Shown piece by piece: positions 39,119 to 46,582 of a stretch of DNA of 64,000 nt (position 1 is its first letter; every line of letters starts with the position of its first letter). Origin of the DNA: an uncultured Desulfospira sp. (GTDB taxonomy: Bacteria > Desulfobacterota > Desulfobacteria > Desulfobacterales > Desulfobacteraceae); assembly GCA_963663165.1 (NCBI GenBank), contig OY760175.1:768001-832000 (forward strand). Reading direction: 5' to 3'. The notes under the pieces are model-generated. The model saw nothing but the letters and a program-made list of their open reading frames with translations, did not search any database and was not told where the DNA came from. A program made the position numbers and the translations under genes.

Positions 39119-39152
39119 AATTCAGTATGTTGCCGTGGCCCGACCCCGGATC
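39087..39152. repeat. Perfect 32-bp direct duplication (period 34) of the outer end of site C
   Basis: ttcagtatgttgccgtggcccgaccccggatc at 39087-39118 and 39121-39152. Confidence 0.9.
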
Positions 39153-39169
39153 GCTCGCGGACAAGCGAT

Positions 39170-39793
39170 TTATGACCGTTTTCTGTTGTTAATTCTCAAA
39201 AGAGCGATAATTCCGCCACCTAGAAGCAAAAAGGAGGAGGGTACAGGGATGGCAGATCCGACATCAAGAGACTCAGGATCATAGGTCAAATTGCCATTTG
39301 ATAACAGCTCTTCCCCATAAGTAGTATTATAGTTTTGATCATTAACACCAAAATTTCCATAAGTATAGTAAAAATAAATATCTTGCTTACCATCTTTTTT
39401 CAGATCGCTCGAATAACTAATGTCAAAAGACGCTATCACGAATCCATCGGTGAGAACTCCACCACCAAAAGTCATCGCTGTTATATTACTGATCATATTT
39501 GGAGTGCCTGCTGAATCGTCTGCAGGGGTATCCACAGCGGGTCCCATAGCAGCGCTGTAGCCAGAAGGTTGATAAACCGTAAAGCTGGTTATATCAATAG
39601 TGGATTCATATCCGATAAAAAGGCTGTAGCTAGGAATAGACGACACATCACCTTCATCTGATAGAAATGTTAAGTTAACCGTGTCTTCATCCACAAAAGA
39701 TAGATCAAAGGACCACGAGGCGAACACATTGCTAGCGCAAAAGAGGCTGACAATCATCACCATAAATATCAAATAGTTTTTTTTCTTTTCCAA
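39170..39793 (-). CDS. PEP-CTERM-type exosortase substrate, beta-rich (possibly cohesin-like)
   Basis: Signal peptide ending VFA; C-terminus IPVPSS + TM helix + RINNRKRS. Confidence 0.8.
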   Translation of the reverse strand: MEKKKNYLIFMVMIVSLFCASNVFASWSFDLSFVDEDTVNLTFLSDEGDVSSIPSYSLFIGYESTIDITSFTVYQPSGYSAAMGPAVDTPADDSAGTPNMISNITAMTFGGGVLTDGFVIASFDISYSSDLKKDGKQDIYFYYTYGNFGVNDQNYNTTYGEELLSNGNLTYDPESLDVGSAIPVPSSFLLLGGGIIALLRINNRKRS

Positions 39794-39816
39794 TTTAATT
39801 CTCCTTATATTTTAAT

Positions 39817-40575
39817 TCAATTGCAACTTTTCAGCCAATTCTTTTGTACTAAACCAAGGTCACCAATATTGACCCAACCATCGCCGTTGAGGTCCGCATT
39901 TGGATTCGAAATGTCTGAACCTTGTTTTAACCAGTCTTTTTGTACTGCTCCAAGGTCGGCAATGTTTACATTTCCATCTAAATTAACATCACCTTCTATG
40001 TAGCAAACAATTGTTGGTTCATCAAAATTCAATCGTTCTGTGTTGTCCAAAGGATCTCCGTCATTGGTACAAAAATTGACGTAATCACCGTCTTTTCCCA
40101 ACTCAACACTAATGGTTGGGGCTACTTCGGTATCTATTCTTTCAAAAACAACTGTGCCTAACAGGACCTTACTTCCAGCTACGCCATCGGTAGGGGAGTT
40201 TTCATCAATTTTCCCTCCGATAATTACAACTGCCCCCTCTGTTGATGTATCCGGATCAATGTAGGGATATTTCGTACCATCTGCTGTTCCAAAATACCAG
40301 TCTGTTTCATTTTTTGTAGCGGCTATTGTAGCAGCATTCAACTCTTCTGGTAAATAAGTAACTTTTACCCCATAACTGACCAACGGCTCAACAGCACTCC
40401 CATCAACACCAAATGATTCCGTAGTATCTGCATAAACCTTAAGTGTCAGTTCAGTGTCAGTATAGGTCCCTTCTGTAGAAATGTTTACATCAGTAAACCC
40501 AGAACCGCACATCAAAACAAGCAGAATCGGCAATGCCAGCAGCATCCCTTTAAACTTGCCTATTCCTTTAACCAT
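39817..40575 (-). CDS. Secreted protein with C-terminal dockerin and beta-sandwich (cohesin-like) N-domain
   Basis: Signal peptide; duplicated Ca-loops GDVNLDGNVNIADL and ADLNGDGWVNIGDL; start MVKG with G-rich RBS. Confidence 0.8.
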   Translation of the reverse strand: MVKGIGKFKGMLLALPILLVLMCGSGFTDVNISTEGTYTDTELTLKVYADTTESFGVDGSAVEPLVSYGVKVTYLPEELNAATIAATKNETDWYFGTADGTKYPYIDPDTSTEGAVVIIGGKIDENSPTDGVAGSKVLLGTVVFERIDTEVAPTISVELGKDGDYVNFCTNDGDPLDNTERLNFDEPTIVCYIEGDVNLDGNVNIADLGAVQKDWLKQGSDISNPNADLNGDGWVNIGDLGLVQKNWLKSCN

Positions 40576-41022
40576 TTTCCCCCCCTGTTGTTGCTTTGAA
40601 TAAATTTTGTATGGACAATTAAAAATCGTTACAGCTTTCGTCAAATCTTTATGCCATTTCTAAGTTTGCAACAACCGTACCTAAGCACATAGGACAAAAC
40701 AAAAAACGACATAAATCTTTGATTGTTATATTTTCTTTTATTACCAGGCACTTAAATAATCCATAGCCAATAAAAATCCACAGAAGTTTTTTTCCGGTTT
40801 CCTGCCGCAATTGGCTTTTGTGAAAAAATGTTCATAACATTGAGAAGTTTTTTTCCTATGATTGTGAACTTTTTGTAACATTTTTTCCGGTCAGCAGTGC
40901 TTGAAGTTTGCCCCGGGTTTCCGGTCCGGGAAGCCTTAGTTAACCCTGGATATAGATCATTTGTTCGATATCAGACTTTGGGCGTTTGGTCAACCTTAAT
41001 TTCAGGGCAAATTCAATATAGC

Positions 41023-41075
41023 GGACTAAAAAGCCCTTAATCGACCCTTTTGGGTGCCAAAAACATGCGATTAAG
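41023..41075 (+). repeat. RAYT-flanking site D (partial)
   Basis: ggactaaaaagcccttaatcgacccttttg...cgattaag, close match to reverse complement of site C; abuts Uma2 stop. Confidence 0.65.
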
Positions 41076-41076
41076 A

Positions 41077-41676
41077 CTATCTTCCTGTTTCCGGGCCCGT
41101 TTTGAATTCAACATTCAAGTAAATTTCAGACAAATTCAGCTCACAGTTAACAGATTCTATTTTCACGCATTGTTCTTCTTTATCGTACAATTTGTAATGC
41201 CAAATGTCTTTGGTGCGGACATATTGTTCCACTGAATATTCGTATTGTGAAACCAGAATGTATTCTTTCAGGGTTGATACCTGCTGGTAGGCTTTAAATT
41301 TTTTTCCTCTATCATAACTTTCAGTAGATTCAGATAATATTTCCATAATGACAGCAGGGTTTATTAGGGTGTCAAATTCGTTGTCTTCAAATTCAGGTTC
41401 GCCACAATATATTACAATGTCCGGATAGACGTATTTATCTTCAATCTTTACACGCATATCATTAGAGAGAGGGCTACATGGGGATTTCGAACCTTTTAGT
41501 TTCATTCCTAACTCTCTTATGAGATTTACATTAATCTGGTTGTGAGTGAATTTTGCACCTACCATGGCAAATATTTCACCGTCATAAAATTCGTGTTTAA
41601 TATCCAGGGAACTTCTTTCCATTTCCAGATATTCAGAAGGTGTCATTTTACTTTTTTCTTGTGGGTGTGCAGTCAT
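41077..41676 (-). CDS. Uma2 (DUF820) family endonuclease-like protein
   Basis: EYL..E....KHEFYDGEIFAM.G, YPDI, EILS.ST..YDRG.KF. Confidence 0.9.
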   Translation of the reverse strand: MTAHPQEKSKMTPSEYLEMERSSLDIKHEFYDGEIFAMVGAKFTHNQINVNLIRELGMKLKGSKSPCSPLSNDMRVKIEDKYVYPDIVIYCGEPEFEDNEFDTLINPAVIMEILSESTESYDRGKKFKAYQQVSTLKEYILVSQYEYSVEQYVRTKDIWHYKLYDKEEQCVKIESVNCELNLSEIYLNVEFKTGPETGR

Positions 41677-41677
41677 G

Positions 41678-41773
41678 TCATGATTCCTCAAGTGCAGCCT
41701 GCAAATATACCCGGATCATTTCCGGGGAATCAAGGTATTCACTGACATCAAATTCCCTTGTGGTGACCTTCTT
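41678..41773 (-). pseudogene. Fragment resembling the N-terminus of an HI1420-type addiction module antidote
   Basis: KVTTREFDVSEYLDSPEMIRVYLQAALEES*; no HTH follows. Confidence 0.5.
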
Positions 41774-42009
41774 TGTAAATCCAAAGATAGTCAATGCGCG
41801 ACAAAAAACGGGTTTTGAAGTTTTTATCTTTAATCCCGGCAAACCATTTATCAAGGGCTTTTGTCGTTTGAATTTCATATGTCATACCCTATTGTCTCTT
41901 ACAACAGAAAATAAGACAAGATTAATTTTATGGGAACCTATTATAAGAGATCATTACGAATGTGGTTAAAAAATAGATACATAGGGAGTCGTTTTTATGC
42001 CGGAGCCAA

Positions 42010-43188
42010 TCAAAGACCAAAATCCGGCAGGTTCTTCCAGCCCATGACATGAACCCCCTGGCGGACATAGGCCTGGTCCCCGCCGTAAATTAGAATGGAT
42101 TTTCCCACCTCATTTGACAGATCTGAAAAGGCATGCAGGTTATGGAAAAATTTTGAGGTGATGGTCTGCCCGGACTTTACTTCTATCTGGGTTATCGATC
42201 TGGGAGCGTCTTGAAAAAGAAAATCAATTTCAAGTCCCTTGTTTTCCCTGAAATAATAAAGCTCCTGCCCGATACCGGATGCATTGAGCTGCTTTTTTAA
42301 AAGCTCGTTAAAAATAAGGGTTTCAAAAAGAGCCCCTTTTAAAGGATGGGTGAAAATCTGACCCGGCTCGGTAATCCCGATCAGCCGGCAGGCAAGGCCG
42401 GTATCAAGGAAGTATAGTTTATGGCTTTTCACCAGCCGTTTATCATAGGATTTTTCAAAGGGCCTTACTAATCTGATGATATAACTGGCCTCTAACAGGG
42501 AGATCCACGCTCTGACGATTTCCCGGTTTACGCCGATATCGTTGCTGATTCCGTTAATATTTAAAACCTGGCCGGTTCTTCCGGCGCAAATTTTTAAAAA
42601 AATATCAAAATCCCGCTGGTTTTTGATATTGACCAGGCGTTTGACATCGCGATTGACATAAGTCTCGATGTAATCGTTCATTTCCTGGGCAGCATCCAGG
42701 TTGTCTTTGAAAATCCTTGGGTAAAACCCCGTGTAAAGGACGGTCTCCATTGTCTGGTCTTTAAGGGTTTCACCATAGGCCTCTTTGAGGCTAAAAGGAA
42801 GCAGCTTTATAATTCTTGTCCGGCCGGCCAGGGACTGGGCGGCTTTATTGGAAAGGTCAAGTTGGTCGCTGCCGGTTAAGATGAACTGTCCTTTTTTATC
42901 ATGGGCATCGACAATGGTCTGAATATAAGAGAAAAGTTCGGGAACACGCTGGGCTTCGTCGATAACAGCACCATCCGGGAAACGGTTTAAAAAACCGATG
43001 GGATCTTCAGTAGCAAACAGCCTTTCATCAATGGCCTCTAATGATACCATCTCCCGGTCGGGGAAAAGCATTTTGCACAGGGTGGTTTTTCCAGACTGCC
43101 TGGGCCCGACAATGGTTACTACCGGTTTTTGAGATACCGCTTTCCGAACTTTTTCAGAAATTTCCCTGTCAACCAGTTTACCGCTCAT
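42010..43188 (-). CDS. AAA+ ATPase (AAA_14 + DUF4143 type)
   Basis: GPRQSGKTT, IDEAQ, LTGS, SLAGR, KLYFLDTG, EIDF, EVKS. Confidence 0.88.
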   Translation of the reverse strand: MSGKLVDREISEKVRKAVSQKPVVTIVGPRQSGKTTLCKMLFPDREMVSLEAIDERLFATEDPIGFLNRFPDGAVIDEAQRVPELFSYIQTIVDAHDKKGQFILTGSDQLDLSNKAAQSLAGRTRIIKLLPFSLKEAYGETLKDQTMETVLYTGFYPRIFKDNLDAAQEMNDYIETYVNRDVKRLVNIKNQRDFDIFLKICAGRTGQVLNINGISNDIGVNREIVRAWISLLEASYIIRLVRPFEKSYDKRLVKSHKLYFLDTGLACRLIGITEPGQIFTHPLKGALFETLIFNELLKKQLNASGIGQELYYFRENKGLEIDFLFQDAPRSITQIEVKSGQTITSKFFHNLHAFSDLSNEVGKSILIYGGDQAYVRQGVHVMGWKNLPDFGL

Positions 43189-43329
43189 TTTGACCCTCCA
43201 GTACTGACTGTTTTTTTAACAATATGCCAGTGTGGTACAAAATGCAAATTTTTTTAACGTTTTGTACCGCATTCTTAAAAAAATCATTATGAACGACTGT
43301 ATGAAAAGGAAGCTGGAAATAAGTGAGTC

Positions 43330-43368
43330 AAAAAAACAGCCGGTTAGTAAATTTATCCTAACCGGCTG
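43330..43368 (-). terminator. Intrinsic terminator downstream of tRNA-Leu
   Basis: Stem cagccggttag/ctaaccggctg followed by a T-run on the minus strand. Confidence 0.75.
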
Positions 43369-43379
43369 CTTTAAAAAAA

Positions 43380-43464
43380 TGGTACCGAAGAAGGGACTTG
43401 AACCCCCACGCCTCGCGGCACTAGATCCTAAGTCTAGCGTGTCTACCAGTTCCACCACTTCGGC
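43380..43464 (-). tRNA. tRNA-Leu(TAG)
   Basis: GCCGAAG..GGTAGAC..CTAGA-CTTAGGA-TCTAG, long variable arm, GGTTCAAGTCC, 3' ACCA; 85 nt. Confidence 0.95.
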
Positions 43465-43535
43465 ATAGTATGCGGTTGCTAAGGGCTGGCTGCCGGAAAA
43501 AAAGCCTTTGGGCAGCGGCCCTGTGCAGGGAAGTA

Positions 43536-43564
43536 TTTGTATTAAACCCCTGGAAAAATGTCAA
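43536..43564 (-). promoter_or_regulatory. Putative sigma70 promoter of tRNA-Leu
   Basis: TTGACA-N17-TACAAA on the minus strand. Confidence 0.5.
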
Positions 43565-43671
43565 TAAAGAATTGTTTGGTTTATATGGCTTTCCCATAGG
43601 AATAAAGAATGGAGATTGGAGGAAAGAAGACCGGAAACCGGAAGTTGAGGTTTCCTTGGGCCAGGCGTAAA

Positions 43672-43716
43672 AGGAGGGGGCCATGCCCGGGAATCGCGGG
43701 CATGGCCCCCTCCTAC
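43672..43716. repeat. GTAG-type REP-like doublet (18-bp perfect inverted repeat)
   Basis: aggagggggccatgcccg / cgggcatggccccctcct; minus strand reads GTAGGAGGGGGCCATGCCCGCGA. Confidence 0.75.
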
Positions 43717-43813
43717 ATTGCATCTGCCGGAAATATACGGATGGATGATAGATGCCGGGTATTTTTAAAGGATGCGCATTCCGGTCTCCCGTCTCCGGTC
43801 TCCGGTTCTCCCC

Positions 43814-44158
43814 CTATGGATTATACCGCTTATGCCATCCGCCGATCAGGTGCAGGTGAAGGTGGAAAATTTCCTGGCCGCCCCCTTTTTCCACGTTGAA
43901 CAGCAGTTTGTAGCCGGCCCGGTCGGTCTCTTCTTTTTGGGCCATGTCCCTTGCCACCATGAACAGATGGCCGATGAGGGACTGGTCGCCGGCTTCCAGG
44001 TCATTGATACTTCTAATATGCTGCCGGGGCACGATGAGAAGGTGAACCGGGGCGGCCGGGTTGATATCCCGGAACACCACGCACAAATCATCCTCATATA
44101 AAAAGGTGGTGGGGGTTTCTTTGTTGACAATTTTGCAGAACAGGCAGTCGGGTTTCAT
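43814..44158 (-). CDS. Histidine triad (HIT) nucleotide-binding protein
   Basis: CLFCKI, DINP.AP.H, GQEIFHLHLH. Confidence 0.92.
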   Translation of the reverse strand: MKPDCLFCKIVNKETPTTFLYEDDLCVVFRDINPAAPVHLLIVPRQHIRSINDLEAGDQSLIGHLFMVARDMAQKEETDRAGYKLLFNVEKGGGQEIFHLHLHLIGGWHKRYNP

Positions 44159-44898
44159 GAATCCCCCTGAAGGCGGATTTCATCCATTAAGGTTTCCATG
44201 GCATGGACGGCCCGGTCCTCTAAGAAAATATCCGTTACCCGCCGGGTGTATTCCGACGGGCAGGGATTGATCTCAATAATCACCGCACCGTTGGACTTTG
44301 CCGCAGACGGAATCAGGTTGGCCGGGGCCACGGTGCCGGTGGTCCCGACCAAAAGAAAACAGTCGGCCTTTTCGGTTTCTTTAAAGGATAAGGACCGGGC
44401 CGGTTCCGGAATGGCTTCCCCGAAAAAGATGACATCCGGCTTTAACACACCGCCGCATCGTTCGCACAGGGGCGGCAGCCGGCTCAGGTCAATCTGGGAA
44501 ATTTTATACCGGGTTTTGCAGGACAGACAGACCAGCTTTTTTAAGGAGCCGTGAAACTCATGGACCACCTTTGAACCGGCATCATAGTGAAGGTTGTCCA
44601 CGTTCTGGGTGATCACCCCGTCAAGCTTGCCCTCGGCCTCTAATTCAGACAGGGAATAATGGGCCGCATTGGGCAGAATCGAACCAAACAGGTCATAAAA
44701 AATTTCCCGGATGACTTCCCAGGATTTCTGGGGTTCCTGAAGGAAATACCGGATGTCAAAGGTCATGGGGTCGTATTTATTCCATAACCCGTTTTCTCCT
44801 CTGAACGGCGGGACTCCGCTTTCAACGGAAATCCCGGCCCCGGTAAAGGCAATACACCGCCTTGACTTGAGGATTGCCTTTGCAGCTTTCTGGTACAC
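44155..44898 (-). CDS. cobB: NAD-dependent protein deacylase (sirtuin)
   Basis: TGAGISVESG, TQNVDNLH, HG, two CxxC, KPDVIFFGE. Confidence 0.88.
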   Translation of the reverse strand: MYQKAAKAILKSRRCIAFTGAGISVESGVPPFRGENGLWNKYDPMTFDIRYFLQEPQKSWEVIREIFYDLFGSILPNAAHYSLSELEAEGKLDGVITQNVDNLHYDAGSKVVHEFHGSLKKLVCLSCKTRYKISQIDLSRLPPLCERCGGVLKPDVIFFGEAIPEPARSLSFKETEKADCFLLVGTTGTVAPANLIPSAAKSNGAVIIEINPCPSEYTRRVTDIFLEDRAVHAMETLMDEIRLQGDS

Positions 44899-45041
44899 GG
44901 TTTTATCTCCTTTTGGGTTTACACTTTTCCTTGTGCCTGCTATTTAATTAGAGTGAATATGCCATAATCTGCTACTGTTGTACATGGCATATCCATACCA
45001 AGACTAACCGCTAATTGCTAACTGCTAAAAGCGTTGAAGCC

Positions 45042-45584
45042 ATGAACAGCATTAAGAACAAAGCCATTACCCCCGGTGACCTGGCCGGCAACCTGGCCAA
45101 TTTTGCCATTGACCGGACAGACTTAAAAGCGCTGCTGGCCGCCCTGCCCCCTTCCCATGGCCTGAACGATACAGCGGTTGAATATGAACTGGGGATATTA
45201 AAAATCTTAAGCGTGGGCTGGGGCATCTCCTTTTTCATGGCCGCCACAGATAAAAACAAGGCCGTGGTCTCCCAGACCTATTGGGAGGTCATAAGGGAAA
45301 TCTCGCAAAATATTTCCAACCTGACCGAAACCACCACGGGCCAGACCATTGATTATTTCAACATTCTAAAAGAGCGGCTGGACATTTATTTAAAAGGCAT
45401 GCAGCAAAGCCCTGAACAAACCACGGACCCGGCCGCAATTGTCGGACCTTTGTTTGCAGAGGCCTGCCACAGCCCGGGCAATGCCATTGCCATTCTCACC
45501 GGCACCAAAATGTTCACCCTGACCCTTGGGGCGGTTAAAGAATATTTAGGATCGGTCACGGTAGAAGACATCAAACTCAATTGA
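45042..45584 (+). CDS. Hypothetical protein
   Basis: 180-aa ORF filling the gap, co-oriented with rhomboid; no motif recognised. Confidence 0.65.
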   Translation: MNSIKNKAITPGDLAGNLANFAIDRTDLKALLAALPPSHGLNDTAVEYELGILKILSVGWGISFFMAATDKNKAVVSQTYWEVIREISQNISNLTETTTGQTIDYFNILKERLDIYLKGMQQSPEQTTDPAAIVGPLFAEACHSPGNAIAILTGTKMFTLTLGAVKEYLGSVTVEDIKLN

Positions 45585-45615
45585 TCATCCATTAACCAAA
45601 GCGGTAACACATTCC

Positions 45616-46338
45616 ATGAAATCCAGACCTTCTTTGACCCCTTTGCGCCTTATAAAAGCCATTATTTATATCAATGCGGCCATGTTTGTGATCTGCCTGC
45701 TGTTCAGCGGCAGCGCCACCCGGTTTACCTTAAACCCCTTTAAAGCCCTGACCCCTTCCATGAATGTTCTTGAATTTATGGGGGCCACCGGCGTTCTGCC
45801 CATTGTCCGGTTTAAAGCCTGGTGGACCCTGATCACGGCCAACTGGCTCCACGGCAGCCTGCTCCATATTTTCTTTAACATGATGGCCTTTAGAACTGTG
45901 GGATCCCTGGTTATTCTGGAATACGGCATGTACCGGATGTTCACCATCTATACCCTGGCCGGTGCCGGGGGATTTCTGCTGTCCTACATGGGAAAGGTTT
46001 ATATGACCATTGGGGCTTCGTCCGGGATCTGCGGTTTGATCGGGGCCCTGCTCTACTTTGGCAAATCCAGGGGCGGGGAATGGGGCAGCCGGGTGTACAA
46101 GCAGACATCGGGCTGGATCATCAGCCTGGCCTTATTTGGATTTCTCATCCCCAACATCAACAACTGGGGACACATGGGCGGCCTTGTTTCCGGGATTTTT
46201 CTGGGCTGGATCTTTGCCTACAATGACCGAAGGCGCGAAAGTCTTGGGGACCGGGTTTTGGCCATTTTCCTCATGGTCATTACGGCCATTCTTTTGATCA
46301 TCCCGGTGATTGAGGGTATTTTTCTTAAATTGGGATAG
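45616..46338 (+). CDS. Rhomboid family intramembrane serine protease
   Basis: WLHGSLLHIFFNM, GASSG, GHMGG. Confidence 0.9.
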   Translation: MKSRPSLTPLRLIKAIIYINAAMFVICLLFSGSATRFTLNPFKALTPSMNVLEFMGATGVLPIVRFKAWWTLITANWLHGSLLHIFFNMMAFRTVGSLVILEYGMYRMFTIYTLAGAGGFLLSYMGKVYMTIGASSGICGLIGALLYFGKSRGGEWGSRVYKQTSGWIISLALFGFLIPNINNWGHMGGLVSGIFLGWIFAYNDRRRESLGDRVLAIFLMVITAILLIIPVIEGIFLKLG

Positions 46339-46513
46339 GGACTTGGGACCTGGGATATGGGACCTGGGGATTGCTTTGGTGCCGGTTTTCTCAAATTTCA
46401 GGATTACACTTCAGATGCCAGACCAACGCCCATAGGCTTGCGGTGCCCCTGGCGTTCTCAAGGCTTCCAGTCCACGCCCCCCCCAAGTCCCAAGTCCCAT
46501 ATCCCAAGTCCCA
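46331..46513. repeat. Inverted pair of TGGGACY heptamer arrays around a ~110-bp spacer
   Basis: tgggac(c/t)-like units 46331-46370; cccaagt-like units 46482-46513. Confidence 0.85.
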
Positions 46514-46582
46514 CCCCCCATTTTACACAAATTTTACAATATTCTCTTGAATTCGTAAGGGTTCTTCTCTATATCACGGCCT

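Noticed and set aside
39087..39152. CRISPR array
   Set aside because: Two 32-bp copies separated by 2 nt, no spacers and no cas genes; the same applies to 29159-29204.
40641..40656. Canonical sigma54 promoter for the dockerin/PEP-CTERM unit
   Set aside because: GG-N10-GC spacing is not met; kept only as a weak shared-motif finding.
43216..43723. Short ORFs over the tRNA region
   Set aside because: They overlap tRNA-Leu, its terminator and repeats.
43814..44898. Sir2 + HIT anti-phage system
   Set aside because: The sirtuin is a canonical Zn-binding CobB type and the HIT a standard HinT type in housekeeping context.
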